A stretch of 64,000 nucleotides of DNA from Phoronis australis (GCA_002633005.1 NMRA01000231.1:443543-507542); one strand, 5' to 3'. Positions 25,131 through 39,912 are shown, numbered from the stretch's first letter. Notes: generated by a model from the sequence alone, not told the origin. Numbers and translations are program-made.

Positions 25131-28100
25131 GTAGTACAGTTGTATGGCAGTTGAAAAAATTCAAGTGCAAATTAGTAATTTACAACTGTTCTTTGCTCAA
25201 CTGGACAAGGCAAGTTTAAATATTTTACGCCACACACAGCGATACACTTGCCTTGTTAGGATTGTGAATTGTGAGTTAAATAAAACGTGAAATGCCACTC
25301 CATGATTTATTAAGGGAATGAAGTGGTTTCTTCAGGCCATCTGCTTCTATTACCTGCATGGGACTCCTCCGAAGAAGTTTGTATGGAGGATTCGTCTAAG
25401 CCACTCATTCTGAAAGTACAGATGACGATGAAAGGTTTAAATACTACAACTTGACCCGTTTTACACGGACCAATCACGAGATTTAAGAATGTACTTTACC
25501 TCATTTTGTCCTACCTTTACGCTTCAAACAACTTTCATTTACCAGTAGGTAAAATATGGCCGAGACAGTGCCATTCTAACATGAGAGCATCATAAGAGAT
25601 TTATAACGAAACATTAGTATTGACGAAAACGCCGACTTACATTAAAGCCCATAGCCCAATCTCTGTATTGGATACTCACCTCAAAAATTGAGCAATTCCA
25701 TTACACGAGCAAACGTACAGATTTATATACCAATCATCCGACTTGGTTTTGTTTGGACCATGAACGCTGCATGTAACCCTTTTTCCAAACGTGAACAGTC
25801 TAAGACGGAAATACAGAGAAAACGTGGGTATCGATAATTAAATTTGCTTCAGTCTTGGCACACCTATTCTTTCTTTTTAAATTTAATGGAATAAGAGAGA
25901 TCAACTTACGGTTACATGGACATGTGTACTGGTGCTCAGTCTCTTCATAACTGAAGAAAATAAAGAAACACTATTTAAATAGTCTCAAGTATAGCCATGT
26001 TGAACAAGAGTCACCATCCAGTATACTAACGACTACCCACAGCGATATGAGCTTTCTAATAAAGGTATTGGCATGGCCAGGTGAGAGTGCGCAGCATGTC
26101 GCTCACACGTTCAATTAACTCTTGCCCCTCAACCTCCCCTGGAATATTCTTTTCACTGACTCCAACACTGCTTTGCTCGTTGAAATCAATTTAACAAGCG
26201 TAAATTACTAATCTGGGCCAACGTGAATCAGTATTTTTAAGTGCAACAAATCGCAGGACAAAAACTGAACGGCTGATCGAATTGTCTCTCTTTAAAATGA
26301 TTCGTGTCTGATGCCGACTGAGATCAGTTACGCAGAAAATGCTCCAACTTACTTGTCCATTGAAAGCCTTTTCATAGTTTTCACAACTCCGAGCATTTAA
26401 TCTTGTCCTCATTGCTTCCCACCTTTCGAACCAGTCGCTTAGGTACACGGTTTGTTGGTTAATGCTGCTTTCTGTACTAATTCGAGTTTTTCCTAATCTT
26501 GTAGAGCAGGAGGATTGCGCTTCGCCTTCGGCCCTTCACTAGCTGTGTCCGCCACTTGTATTTCTGTTGATCTCTGTGGTTCCGCATGCTTTTTGTTTTA
26601 AACTTAACGTCATACCAAAAATCAGCTAAAACGTATAAGTGGGAGCATAGGCCTTTAAGTGTACCGTTTCGCTGGCAACTTTCCTACTTTTCAATAAATT
26701 TATAACAAGCTGCTAGCAAACCTAGTACATATCGATTTTCCATTGATGGGATTCCTATCAATATAAAAGAAATCGATATTTTGCCGATGTTTTTGTCTTG
26801 GGAGTTTCGTACATTTCTGATTCAAGTAACTTTTTTGAAAACCAATTTGTACCGCCTTAAATGTCCCAAAAATACTCGGGCTCTCTTCCAGAGAAATGGT
26901 TTTTTGTTAGATTCTGTGGTCCATGGAACGCATGGATTGCTTATAACGACGTTATCATACCAATTTAAGCTCACTAATTGTGAAAACTTCTGGCGACGCA
27001 CCCAAAAGCACGATTGTAATTTACATATGTAAAAGGACTCTACTCAATTTAGGCCGAGTTAGCTCAAACAAGATGTTCTACAGTATGTATAAACCTGAAT
27101 CTTCATGTATGAACAGTATACTGGGCTTAACTTCAACAACCTTACACAAATTATGCTGAAACTGATTCCAAAGTCAATTCTTGGTCTTTTAAGACTACCG
27201 GAAGAGCAACCGTGCCAAATCAGTAGTTTTCACTCCAACCCCACCACTTGCATGCAGTGTAAGTGATAACATAACTGGACAGTGGACGGACATCGAACGA
27301 GCTTGCCTAAAAGGGCCACGGATTGTCGGAAAAGAAAATACGTTAGAAAAAAGTCTCTGGTTTGGTAACTGGTTAATTGCTGATGGGATAATCAAGATGC
27401 AACAACAAATCAATGTTCAATATAGATGTATTTCATGCTACAACAAGGTATTGTGTCTACTATGCAAAGGCGGATCCAGCAGGGTATGGTTTAGTAAAAC
27501 TATGGATTTTAAAGAGAACTCTACAATACAAAAAGTGAGTAGAAAACCGATAATGAATGTTTATGTCGTCATCTCCTCGTTTAGAGGTCTTATAAACGAT
27601 GGTTATGAGTAAAGAGCGAAGTGCGAATTTCATTGTGGGTGTGAAAGTGTTGACAATCGAATTTTACTCTATAATCAGATTCATTCAGAATATGAGAAAG
27701 TGGCCCAATTTTTGGCATTCTTGCAGGAACCTACATGTATAGGTTTTCTTATGTACTTACATAACGACATGGTCAATGTATACCTTCCTTTAAAATCGGC
27801 TTTTGAAAATGTAACAAGACTTCCTATGAGTTTTGTTTTGACGAGACAAAATGCCATCACTATGTTTCATTGGGAAACTACTGAAAACAACAAATTGACA
27901 GCATGCGGTTCATGTTAGATTGATCTATCAAAATATTTTCAAAACTCTCCAGAGGAATTCCTGTCATATTTTTTTAGCTACTTGTAGAAACTACGTCGGG
28001 GTTTTTTGATAGGAAACTTCAAGGATTTTAATGACAAATTAGAATAGGATTTTGTGTAAAGATGTCGTGGTATTTCTGATTTAAAACTTCTAGTCTAAAA

Positions 28101-28440
28101 TGCACATCTTTCAAGAAATCCTGTTGTTTTCACTAGTATATCCCTAGGATATAAGCATCAATTTTCAAGACCAAGCGATGAAATAAGACGTTGCTGAAAT
28201 CATTCAAAAATAATGTGAACAGCCAATAAAAGATCAACAGCTAACTTACAATTTCAATTCCTTACATTCAGTTTGTCTCAAAATAAACTCTTACCAAAAT
28301 TGAACATGGCATAATGCATCCAAAAAGAAATAGTAACGAGTTAACTTCGGCATTTAAACATAAATGCTCTGAAATTGCAGGAATAAAGTTGAAATAAAAA
28401 CTAAATTACCACGAGCATAGAGCAGATGTTTGCTAATAAA

Positions 28441-29675
28441 CTAATGAAACAGTTTTGGAATTTTGATTTTATGCATGACGTCCACAAAGTCATCGACTTC
28501 CTTTTGATCCTCTTGTTCTTCATGGAAACGCCATTCAGGCTCCTCTTCTTCTTTTTCTTGTTGTATACCAGCGATCCTGTCGTACTCCGAGACATCTGTC
28601 AATAAGCTCTTGGCTATATCGACAATCTCACCCCTGGAGCAATGGCCACCACCCGTTGCCAGCGTTACCCCAAAGCTTTCAAGACGACTGGTCATTGCCG
28701 ACAGATTTTTTGCTTCTTGAGGATCAACTTTCGATTGTAAAACTTTCAAAAGCTCGGCATACGCGCCCAGTTGGACTGCCGCCTTCTCAATAGCCTCTTC
28801 GTTGTCAGCGGGTGCCTTTGACAATGAGAGCAACTCTTTTTGTGTAGACCGAAGCTTAACAACCAAACTGGCAAGTTGATCTCCGGTTTGAAACTTCTTC
28901 TTCTTTCCCCTTCCGACGTCGTTAATTTGATTTATAACAGCGAGTTGCTGCTGTGCTAGTTCTGCGAATTCAGGCGAATCAGCTTTGCTGCCAAGCTTTG
29001 TCAACTTTGAAGCCATGGTTTGAAGTTGTTGAGTAAATTTAGCCGCCTCTTTACCCTCACTGCCCCCGAGGTTTTTTGAAATCGCCACCGTGCTTTCACA
29101 AAGCCCCTCTAACTCTCTTTGCAACTCACCTACCTCAGCTTGCGAATTTTTTGTAGGATTTTTAGATATCAAAACCAACTTTCTTTGAATATCAAGCATC
29201 TGCTTATTCGCGAGAGCCATCTGGTCTTCTGGGGAGAGCAATTTCTTCTTCCCGTAAGCAATACCCACGCCCAAAACGCCCTCAATGGCACGGTCCAAAC
29301 CGGAGACGACGTCTGCCATGTTGCCATATTCCGCACTCATACTGTATTGAGTAAGTGAAGCAGCCACCTGGTCAACAAGTGTGTCATTAACTATGGACAT
29401 CAACAACTTTCCTTCTTCACCCCCCAAAGTCTGTAGTGACCCAGATAGTTCCTGACTACAGACCAAAATTTCCTCACGAATCTTGCTCATTTCAATGGAA
29501 TGATCACCTTTAGAACTTGATAGTTGCTGAAGTTTCACTTTAAGTGAACGCATATGTTTGATGTTTCCTGGAATGACATCTTCTGGGGCTTGCTTTTTTC
29601 TTTCGCTCTTTGCAGCAGTACCTTTGGCAATTTGATGCGTGATAGACGCGCGCTTCTTTTTATCATAGGCAACAC
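28441..29675 (-). CDS. Terminal coding exon of a helical-repeat membrane protein (repeats 5-7 and acidic C-tail)
   Basis: Acceptor tttttttttcctag|GT at 29676/29675 (phase 1). The frame is open as (G)VAYDKKKRASITHQ...HMRSLKVKL through to TAG at 28441. Three GGxEGK-type repeats are homologous to the upstream exons. Confidence 0.85.
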
Positions 29676-30348
29676 CTAGGAAAAAAAAACATGTAAACGT
29701 ACATCAATGCGAGACCGCATGTAGGTGATAAAATGAGAGACAACGCCTGAAGTGGTGCGATAGATGAACAGACGGCCGTTTCGGGCGAAACCACTTCACT
29801 GGACAGTGGGTACTAATAAAACGTGGGAAAATTTTATGAAAGGCAACCGGCAGCACCAATGGGAATCTTGGAAGATAAACAAAGTACCGAAGAGAGCTCC
29901 TAGAAGTAAAGAACTTTTATTTTTGGGGTTACTTTGATATTAGAAACGGCAGGCAGATACTATTAAAAAGCTGATGATATTAGTATGGTCTTGTTTTCAC
30001 ATTTGAGTAATTGGGGGCGGAAGGAATTTGTTTGCACAAAATTATAAGGGTTGAATGTTTAATAATCAGACATAAATCATTGGAAATAATGATCTCTTAA
30101 AAACATAAATATATATCCAAATAATGCCGAAAGTTAATTTGTTACGTTGGAACCCAGTGTTTATATTGGCTAGAACTCTTGCAGCCGATTTCATAAAGGT
30201 GGTTTCAAGTTACACCTGGTTTAAATTGCACTTAGACAGGTTTAAAGATAATGGTTATTGTGTGCATTTGCGACGTAGTTTGAGAGAGAGACAACACTAT
30301 TTTCAATTTTCAGTTTAACAGCGACAAAAGATTGGACGTACAATGTAG

Positions 30349-30491
30349 CAGGGGCGAATCCAGGTTTTTTAAAGGGAAGGGGGCAATCGAGGATTGGGGT
30401 CCTAGTCAACAATTTGAAAACTATAGATTTGATATCACTAAAATCAAAGGAAAAAAGAGGGCCTGGACCACATGTCCCCTGGATCTGCCTA
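30349..30491. mobile_element. Short CAGGGGCGGATCC-type MITE
   Basis: Inverted ends caggggcgaatccagg ... cctggatctgcctatg. Confidence 0.55.
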
Positions 30492-33400
30492 TGCGTAGAC
30501 CAATCGAGCAGAACGTCAACGCCGTGAGCTCTCCGGGTTTGAGCGAAGACGGCATCTTCTGAATGAGCTCCACATCCATCGAAAAAAAATGTTGGCATAC
30601 ATTATGTTGTGAGCAGGTGCTTTCATGTTTGTACGTCTGTTAGGCACAGACATTTCAAAATGTCTTCTCATTATATCCTAGATCTTCCACTGGGTACCTC
30701 ACCGGTTCTCTTTGTTTTTTTTTTTCTGACCTTCATTTTTTAGTGATACCATTCAAAGGTTTGTCGCTGAAATTTTTCGATTTTTGGGACTGTGCATCCA
30801 GTATGAACAAATAAATCTCCAAGTCTGCCGCATGTGTTGACTTGATTTGGCACCAGTTTTCTTGTTCTCTATACAAACATTGGCTGATCAGTTCTGGGAG
30901 GGAACATCTTTCCTCATGAGAAAAGCCGCTAGACCTTTTTGTAAATGACTGCATTCACTGACTCTACTGCTGTGTGCCATTTTATTCCCACATGATCAAG
31001 ATTTCATTGAAGCACTTCAATAGTTCTTTTTGTTGGCTTAACCCCGGCAGATCGACATAGTGTGGTGGTTTTGATACTTTAAACCTACTTTTACAAAACG
31101 CAATCCCTGGTCTAACAAAAGCAGACGTTCAGACTTTTAAACGAAGTTGATGAAATTCAAATTAGGTCCAAAATTAGACCTGGTTTTGATAAACCACATC
31201 TATGGACACTGGTCTCTGTGTTTAATCTCCTGCATTGGTCTCATAATGGATGTTCACGAAAAAATATTGTTTGGAAACAATGATTAAAAGGTTCACAATG
31301 AAATTTTGACCAAGATCGAATGACTTCGTCTTAAAGGTCGGGTGAATTGCTCTTTCCATGTTAGTATCTAAGGCAGCTCAAAGTTAGCTAATGCGATGAT
31401 AAAAAACATCGTTTTTGCTGTGTTGTTTGTCCGCTTAGTCATGGTATTTACACAGAGCAATTGAAATAAGCCATTGACTTTCTGAAAACTATTACTACTA
31501 TAAAAACAGAATAACGCCGAAAATGGTCACACTTTCTGCAAATATAACCATGATGAAATATTCGTCTATTATCGACTGAAATTCATTTGATTCCCGACTA
31601 ATTGTCGACAAAATTGCGACAACTTACTCTACATGTACATTCATGGATAAAAAATATCGGTTTGGAACAATGGAATAGCATTAAACTTCGACATGAGTTC
31701 AACTTAATTGCAAAATAATTCTGGCGCGATGTTTTTACAAGTTTGGCAGAATTTGACAAAATTCTGAAGAAGCCTGTAGTACATTTTGAAAATTACAGTA
31801 CGACAAAATCAATGACACAACTTCGTCGCACAATTAACAACTATAACCGCAATGTTGTCTTGAATGCAAACGCCCAGGACGCTAAATCTTTTAGCATTAA
31901 AAAAAAACTGACAGAAAACACCGAGACTAATGAAGAAACAAGTCACCAGGCAATGGGAATGCAGGCTAAATTTGAAACTGAAACTAGAGGAAAACAAAGA
32001 GCTGAAATCCTTTCGCGACTGCTCGCCAAAGCGGCGTGCTTCTAGAGTCGTTAATACTAATTTAAAAACGGCTACACGTACATAGTGGCCCAGAAATTGT
32101 AAAACTCGTACATGTATATACAATAGGTCACACATTTTCTTAATAGAAATCTATTTGTCAATTTCATGAAAATCAGTTCATGAACTCCAAAGATTGTGTC
32201 GCAAACGTAAACCAATCGAAATTGTGCTATACATGTATACGATGTAGATCCATATTTTACAAAAATCCTGCAAAGGGATTAAGTAAAACACGCATTCGTT
32301 AGGGCGCATTTAAAATCACTATGGACTAAGTACATGTATTAATCAGGAAATCATGCAAGGCCAGCCACTTTGAACATGTCCCGTTTCCTTGCACCAAATC
32401 GCTGGATACACCAGTGATAAATTTAGAATATCTCTAATTTCTAATTGTGTACAATGTTCAGGATTTAATGTGTCCCTTGATAATAGATTGCTTGTCATTA
32501 CCACCGGTTAAAAGAGGTGATTTTAGCCGGTTAAAGCAACACAGTCTTCGCCAGGGGTCTTTGCCGCACAACTGAAACTAAAGTCTGTCTTGGTATCTCC
32601 TTGTAAATGATTTTCAATACATTCACAATTTGACAGGATGTGTTACACTGTATAGTAGCTTTACTTTTTATTTTTTGATAGTTATTGTTCGAAACGAGAG
32701 TGAAGCCCTGTTAAGGTGGTAAATATTAGTACGAGATAGAGTTGCTTAGTTACTTTTTTAACTTTGGAAAAATAATTGCAACATATATAATCATTAGAAT
32801 GCACTGTAAATTTTGTCCATAATGTGTTCCCCCCACACACACAAACACACACACTCACGAAAGTTAGGTTACAACAACCCAGTCCACTAGGAGTTGTTGC
32901 AGTCATCAATGATTTTAAACGCGTGTGATTTTAATTAGTGGGTAGGTTTACAATTAATATTATCAAAAGAGATTAGAGCAATTATATTTTCTGTAGAAGA
33001 GAATGACCATGTCATCAGACAAAATAGCAAAAAAGAACTAATCAGGTGTCTCAAATCTAATCAATAAATCGTCGAATAGATTTTTCTTATGTTGAGCAAA
33101 AGCATGAAAAGAACTTCACACCAGTGCAAAAGCAGGTAACCGAAAACGTTGACTATCGCCATTGTCCAAAAAAGCCTTGTTACAGTGAAGTTACAGTGTT
33201 TGTAACCTCTGAATTTCTGTGTTCCATTTAAGGAAACTTTGAACATTGTTGATCAGGTTGTACCTATGTATAAATATCTCAAATTTTGTAAAATTTAACA
33301 CCTATAAAGTATGTTTTCCGAAAGATGAATAAATATTCTGACAAAATGTGTTATTCTCATTTACTTGTCCTGGTGTTTCCACAAGATATGGGTTTTTGAT

Positions 33401-34519
33401 AATTTGCTTTGACGTTGAACGCAAAAATAAAAAATACTGCTCCTCCATTCGTTTTGGTCTTTTGTCAATACGTACATTGCATTTTCGAGGGAGCCACTTT
33501 TTAGAGTATTTTAATCGAAAACAAGGACCTAAATCGAGGTTCCGAGACTCGTTTCCCCTCGGAGGGAAACAGATAACAAGTATTCGAAATTTCACAGGAA
33601 TAAGTTCAGGCATTGGCGAAAAATTGATGCTCAAAAAATTGAAATAAACTCCAAAATCGCAACGCTAGAAATCAGCAATAACGCACTACAGTGATCGAGA
33701 ATTGCACATTAGCACCGATATCACAACTTTCAGGAATTTTTTATGTAACATATATTTATTATAATATTAAGACATTTCACAATACAAAGAAGTAGTAAAA
33801 GACATACACGCAAGCACACATACATCACAAGCACACTCCGGGATCAGAAATATCGCCAAAGACGAAAATTAAACAGATAAAAATATGAATCATTGGGGTC
33901 CACCTTTCAACGAATAAGTCATGTTGACAGTTACTTTAGAAAATTACTTTTTCAAGCTTGTGATATCTAGAAAATTCTTTTTTGAGTCTCTGCAAACATG
34001 GAACACTAGAGCTTATTTTCGCTTTATAAATATGATACTTTACCAAACATATAACCAAATTAATAGCATGTTCGGCATTATGCCGTCCAAACAAAACCTC
34101 ATGTAAAATCAGTTCTAGTGATTCCCGGTTTTCGTTTACAGGCACCCAAAAAATTTAAATCATTGCACATGACCAATACAAGTGAACAAGATCTTCAGAC
34201 TCAGTATTACCAAAAGAACACAAACGTGAACTTGTTACACCAGTTTTCTGTGATATCAGTACTAATAGGTCTGTGAAGAAATCTTGTTTGAAATCACCTC
34301 AGTTTTGTATCCATAGTAAAATTAACTGCCAATATATTACATTTCCGCCACAATTCCGACTGCAATATTTAAATAATTTTCCCATTTAATCACATAGTTA
34401 GTTTTTTATACAAAGGCATGATTGTACGATTGCAAACAGTTTAGCCTACATTAGTGCACTTCTAAAACAGTCAAAACAAAATGAGAACAACGAGGAAGAA
34501 TAGCTTAAAATGCATCGCC

Positions 34520-35040
34520 AGTAGTAGAGTAAAAGGTTTTGAGGCCCGTTTTTGCGGGACCTCGGTCAAAGGTCATGAATCCGAAGGGAAATGTCAAAGG
34601 TCACATGGGATGGATGCAATCTGAAGGAACATCATCTTACTACCGGACGGAAGTGTCAATGACGTCACAGCTTATTGTATATTAGGTTTAACTATACCCG
34701 TAAGGGAGGCACCTCGATCCAAGGTCAATGTCATATGTGTCACCGGTAAACCCGACGACCCATGTCGAGGTGTATCGTTGAACTCGTTACCAACTTGACT
34801 GTTTACGTAACGCACATGATTGATCGCCACATCGGCGCACCCGTTTCACTTCCACAATACCTTACACGCAATAAAAACATATGGATGATGGCAAGAGACG
34901 GACACGGGCGATACGACGATCGGTTCTCTTTCTTTCGCTGTCTGGCCGCTCGTAGACTGCGATCTCGAAAGGGTTCAGAGAAAACCAATCAATTGTTATT
35001 CTCAATGCTTGTAATAGTATCCCTACTAAAGTTACATTAT
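34520..35040 (+). mobile_element. Polinton/Maverick-like terminal fragment
   Basis: Begins AGTAGTAG (Polinton-type terminus) with aaggtca/tgacgtca motifs. It then encodes IGAPVSLPQYLTRNKNI...YDDRFSFFRCLA, which resembles the segment upstream of Polinton pPolB. Confidence 0.4.
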
Positions 35041-36789
35041 ATTGAATGGTAGTCCTACCTTTGACGTCGTTCTCAATGAATTCATCCTAAGCAACGTTAG
35101 ACAATTTTAATGTACCGTTTATCAATATTGCTGCTTCTGATTTCCATACATGAATATGTACATTGTTTTTGTTTTTACATATTCACAATAACATTTATAA
35201 ATATTGGGATACTTATATTAGATACTACTAAAATGTATATACCTCTATGTAAATTAATTTCATTTATGAATTGTTTACAACCCAGATATAATGATTCGCG
35301 ACTTTTGGGCTTGTCATCATTTCTTTGTATGTCTTGTGTATTCTTCAATAAATATAAATCACTTAAAAAAGACAGGGTTATCATTTTTTTACTTTCAGAA
35401 TTATCGTGTTTTTATAATGATAGTGATCATAATCAAAGTAAAAAAATGTGAAGAGTCATATTTACAGGTGTACAACAATTTATAAAAACAATTCTGTTTG
35501 ATTTGAAATGAAATTACCTTCGCCAATACTTAGTTTAGTAATATTTTTATTAACTTTCGGTTTTCTAAGTTCCAAAATATCTTGATGGTTTCTCACCATG
35601 CTCTACCCATTTTTGCACGAGAAAGCATAAAATGTCTTTTCAGTTGGTCTATAATTTCCTACTTCTCTATTGGCCGGTTAATAGGTTTATCTAGCAAGTA
35701 AAGGGGTTTGGTCCTGTTTTGATAAAGTAAATAATTAATACGGCTTATTTGTCTTCTAAAATTCTTGATAAAACTCTTACTGTCAGTAAATTTTCTTTTA
35801 CAAAAATGATCTTATATTTTCAGCAACAGGACCACGAAAAATAATGAGTCTCCAATTGCAAATTGCTTTTCATTTTGAGGAATTTTATATAGGTTCTCTG
35901 TTATACGGAAATGCTGCATATTAGCTCGAAACTTCTCGTGTAATTACTGTCATCGAGAAGAGAACTTCTGAAAAGCCAGAGATTCCGTCCGCTGAAAAAT
36001 TCTGTAATACGAAAAGAAAGTCTAATATTGCAATGGTCATTCCTGTATCCAAAATCAATTCTGGATGATTCCAATAAATTACTCAATTTTTGTGAAACAA
36101 AAATGAAATCCAATCGTGCTTCTTTATCGGTTTAACTCTATTCCAAGCAATTTGCTTTGCAGTTTGATGAGCAAGACGCCACGGATCAATCGAATTACAT
36201 GTGGAACAAATTAATATTTTTTCTCCCTTTAGGGTTGTTTAGGTGGCTACAGTTACAATAGTTCAATCAAAACCTTGGACCAAATTCCAGTCGACACACA
36301 GTATTGTAAACTCTGAATCCAAGTCTAATAAAACATCTGAATTATATGTCTACAAGTTTGGATCATCCATATTTAGTCCATAAATATTGATAACCGTGAC
36401 ACTAATATACTTTTCCAAACTAAAATTAACAAGCAAAAAAGTTCCTTCGTGATCATGACGTGTTGATTTAATTTCAACATCAAAGTTATTTTTTTTATCT
36501 AAACATCATTCAACAAAGAATGGACTCACCGGAGACAGCCCAAGAGTTGTTATCTCTGCGGCGAAAGATGTTAAAGTTGAGTCCCGGTGAGTTGCCAGCA
36601 GTCACTGGTACGGTGCGCGGCTTTAGACGCTCTGCGGCTGGGTTAAAGATGTTTTATAGGCCTAACTATCCCCAATTCCCGTACCAGTATGAATTTCAAA
36701 AAATAACTTGACTTGGCTGCGTCAGATGTGATATGCGACGTTGATGTTGAAATTGCGCCATATTTTTTATGTTGATTTCCTTTGTTGGT

Positions 36790-37430
36790 TTATAATTCAT
36801 ATATTGCAATGTAGGCATCCTGGGGAGGCTTGGATGTACTTGTGACTGTAGAGTCGTCAAAATTTATCCATTCCCATGCTGACGATTTAACACAGCATGT
36901 ATAATGACCACCCGTCGTCTTTCTTCCATGGTGTTCAATGACTGCTTTTATTTTGTAGCCGGAGAGGTCATACGAGGAAATCTTTGTGTTGATTTTTTCA
37001 CCATTAGTCGCGGTACGTAAGATATGAATACAAAGGTATTTTGGCGGTTTTACTAATGACCATGTGAGCTGGCCACTGAGACTATTACAGTTTGGGCAAC
37101 TAAAGTCCTCGATGTCCAATGACGTCCACAAGCTGTGCCACAACTCCTGCATAGTTATTTCTTTCCTTAGCGTTGGGAGGTAGACGGTCAACTCCCAGTC
37201 TATCTGTGTTTTTTCCTTTGTTGTTGTGCAGTTATTACAGCTCCTAGACAAATTCCCCTTGAATTAGTAGAACTACATGCACCATATCCCCACATTGCCC
37301 GATCAATGATTTCATCTGATTGTGTGAAATGTGTGCCTCCAGACAGGTCACAGACAAGTTTTTGTATATAATTCAATTAAATTCATCCCGAGGTTTCTTC
37401 TATATCGTGCAAACCCCTACAATTCACGAA
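36790..37430 (-). pseudogene. Ubiquitin-specific protease (peptidase C19/USP) domain, intronless, Cys box degenerate
   Basis: ORF 37251-36790 has CxxC, CPNC, PPKYLCIHILR, a His box YKIKAVIEHHGRKTTGGHYTCCVK, WINFDDSTV and AYIAIY. A frameshifted Cys-box-like RGLHDIEET..MN lies at ~37420-37380. Confidence 0.85.
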
Positions 37431-39912
37431 ATGTTGATGTCATCCACCATCGAATAGTAAGTTCGTGATACTACAACTGATCCCGGCAATCACACTCAGA
37501 TTCACACCACACCACACATATAAGACAGTAAGTAGCCTTCGGAAGAATAGCATTGGCAAAGTCAATAGCCTACATTTACATGCAAATCAGGGTTCACAGT
37601 ATCTGAAAAGATGAAGTGCCTGTGCTTCAGTCTTATCCTGACTTTAACGATAGACCGAGGTACGACGCTGGAGTCGAACCGACGTTGTTCACTGGCCAAG
37701 TGTATCAATATTTGCAGGTCCACACGTGAATGAAAACCATGACATACTTTCGATTTAAAAAGGAAAAAAGCCATGTAAAATGAAGAAAACGCCGGACAAC
37801 AAAAGTGAAGTAGCTGTTTCTGTTGAAAATCATAGGCTTTGTCCGTTATACTGACAGTTCCTAATCCTGTAAGGACGATGGTACATCGTAATGCACCTAG
37901 TGTTTCGACGTACTGAAAAGTATATCCGTCGATGTATAGCTTGTCCGTGAACACGCATGAGGTTTTTCATTGTGATGGGTCCTTGCATTTTTAGAATTGG
38001 TACAAGTCACTTTCTTCTCATTACCATATCCTTGGGGAAATCATCATGTACGAAATGGTTAGTGCCTTTGAAATTTCATCGGTTTATTCATAGTAACAGT
38101 CGGTCTTCGTAATACGAGAACTTTACTATTGCATCTCTAGGTTTACCTTGGAAAGCCTGTCCTACCCTGTGAACTCTTTCAAAACTGACAGCTACACACT
38201 TGTAAATATATCTTGCAGTATCGCATTTGGTGTATCAAGACAAAGTCCATCCGGGGCTTAGGGAACTCCACCAAAGCGCAGATCTGATCTTCTCGATTAA
38301 GTATAATATATCACACAAATGGGTCTTCATTCGGCGATTTTCCTCAGTAGGTTGTTTTATTTTTGTGCGCGTTGTCTTTAGACCAGGTTTTATTTTCCTC
38401 AGCATTGACACGTATGTTATCTATTGATGACTTGAGCTCACCCACAGTGTCAGTTGTAACCGGTATCAAATCCAGTTGACGTCTGACAATAGTGAACCAT
38501 GCCGGCTCCGACTGGGGAATAGTCGCTGAACATTTTCGGCCATTGTTGAATAATCAATTATAATGCTTCATTTGTGACGCCCCATTTCAACAAATATTAT
38601 TAAAAGGCCGAAAAAATCATTCAATTTGCCGGCTACTTAACCCGCTCTACTGGAGTAGAGTATTGATAATTTCAACAATACAGTGACGTATGATGAATTA
38701 GGTATTGCGCAATGTAGAAATTTCGGAATTTCAGCGACCTGCTGTAGTAGAGATGGCACCAATGGTCAGAACCACCTGACTAACTAAGTGCGTTGTGTGT
38801 CTGTCATTTAGCTGAATTAGATTAACACAGCTTTATCGAGAAGGGTTAGGACAACGTGGATGTGGAGTTTATAAAATACAGAACAGATATCATGAAGAAT
38901 TTTACTGGTGCAAAGAATTAAATACCGAGAGAACTACGCTGCGTGGTGGTGACATTTAGCGATTTTCCAACTTAGAACCACTTTCACATCGCAAAATAGA
39001 ATTATAACGCTGTCTCTTGGTTTCCTTTCTTGTACAAATCAGTGTGATTTTTCTTTCATTTTATCTTAGACATTCGAGGTTCTGACTTAATAACCGAGTA
39101 CCGAGTTAATTCTGGTTTCCAAAATTTAATAAGGTAGATAAAAATCCGTATTTAGCGTATCGCAAGTCGTATGAGTGAATTACAAATTTTACAAAAATGT
39201 CGGTAAACTTAAAAAGCTCGGTATTGCTTGGCCGATCGCGGAAATTACCGAAAGCGTAATTGGGTCATTGGGCGGAGCTAAATCCTCAACAGAAGTAAAA
39301 GAGATACATGTACCACGGAGGAAAATGGTTGGTGAAAACTCCCTAAAAGGATGCCTTCGGTTTCATTTCGATTCCTATAAAAGACTGTATTAAATTTTAG
39401 ATTGTAAAGGAGGCATTTGTGAAAATAATTTTTTTCGGAATATTTTGTTTTGAGGTTTACAGTTACGTTAATTATTCGACGTTCCTTGGTAGAGCAATTG
39501 ATCAGACGGACGCATATTCACTGTTTTCGCGTTCAGGTACCGGGCCACGTAAATAAAAAGCTGAAAACAGCGGAAGATCTTCTAACCCGAGATAATTCGG
39601 GTTTGACTCAGAGAAAAAAACTTGGTAACTGGTGTTGAGTCCCTGGAAATATCCATAAGTCCTCACTGCATTCCTAATCCTTTCGGTCCTTGTAACATGA
39701 CAAATATTTGTTTTGAACGAAAACTTATTAATAACCCTAACCCATCCTACTCCGTAAAATATACGGTAGTTTTTATAATAAACTGAAAAGACCACAGCAG
39801 ATCGTGCCAGGCACTGCCGATCAAGGACTGGCTTATTCACAGGACTATTGGACAGTTAAGTCAAAGTTAATTCTGCCCTAAAACAGTTTTTGTATTGTTA
39901 CTTCACGGAATA

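Larger units (their letters stand above)
33930..38560 (-). mobile_element. Decayed L1/Tx1-clade LINE (ORF1, endonuclease and ORF2 C-terminus; RT core not seen)
   Basis: ORF1 at 38560-37930: FERVHRVG..GKPRDAIVKFSYY...FVHDDFPKD..RRK..DKLYIDG. Endonuclease at 36420-35900: INIYGLNMDDP, ILCVDWNLV, NNPK, RLDF, NDH. ORF2 end at 34400-33930: C..C..ESEDLVHLYWSC, LFG, INLVICLVKYHIYK. Confidence 0.75.

Noticed and set aside
25646-26654. Possible second TTAA-AG..CT-TTAA Kolobok-type insertion
   Set aside because: The termini match only weakly and no empty site is available to confirm the boundaries.
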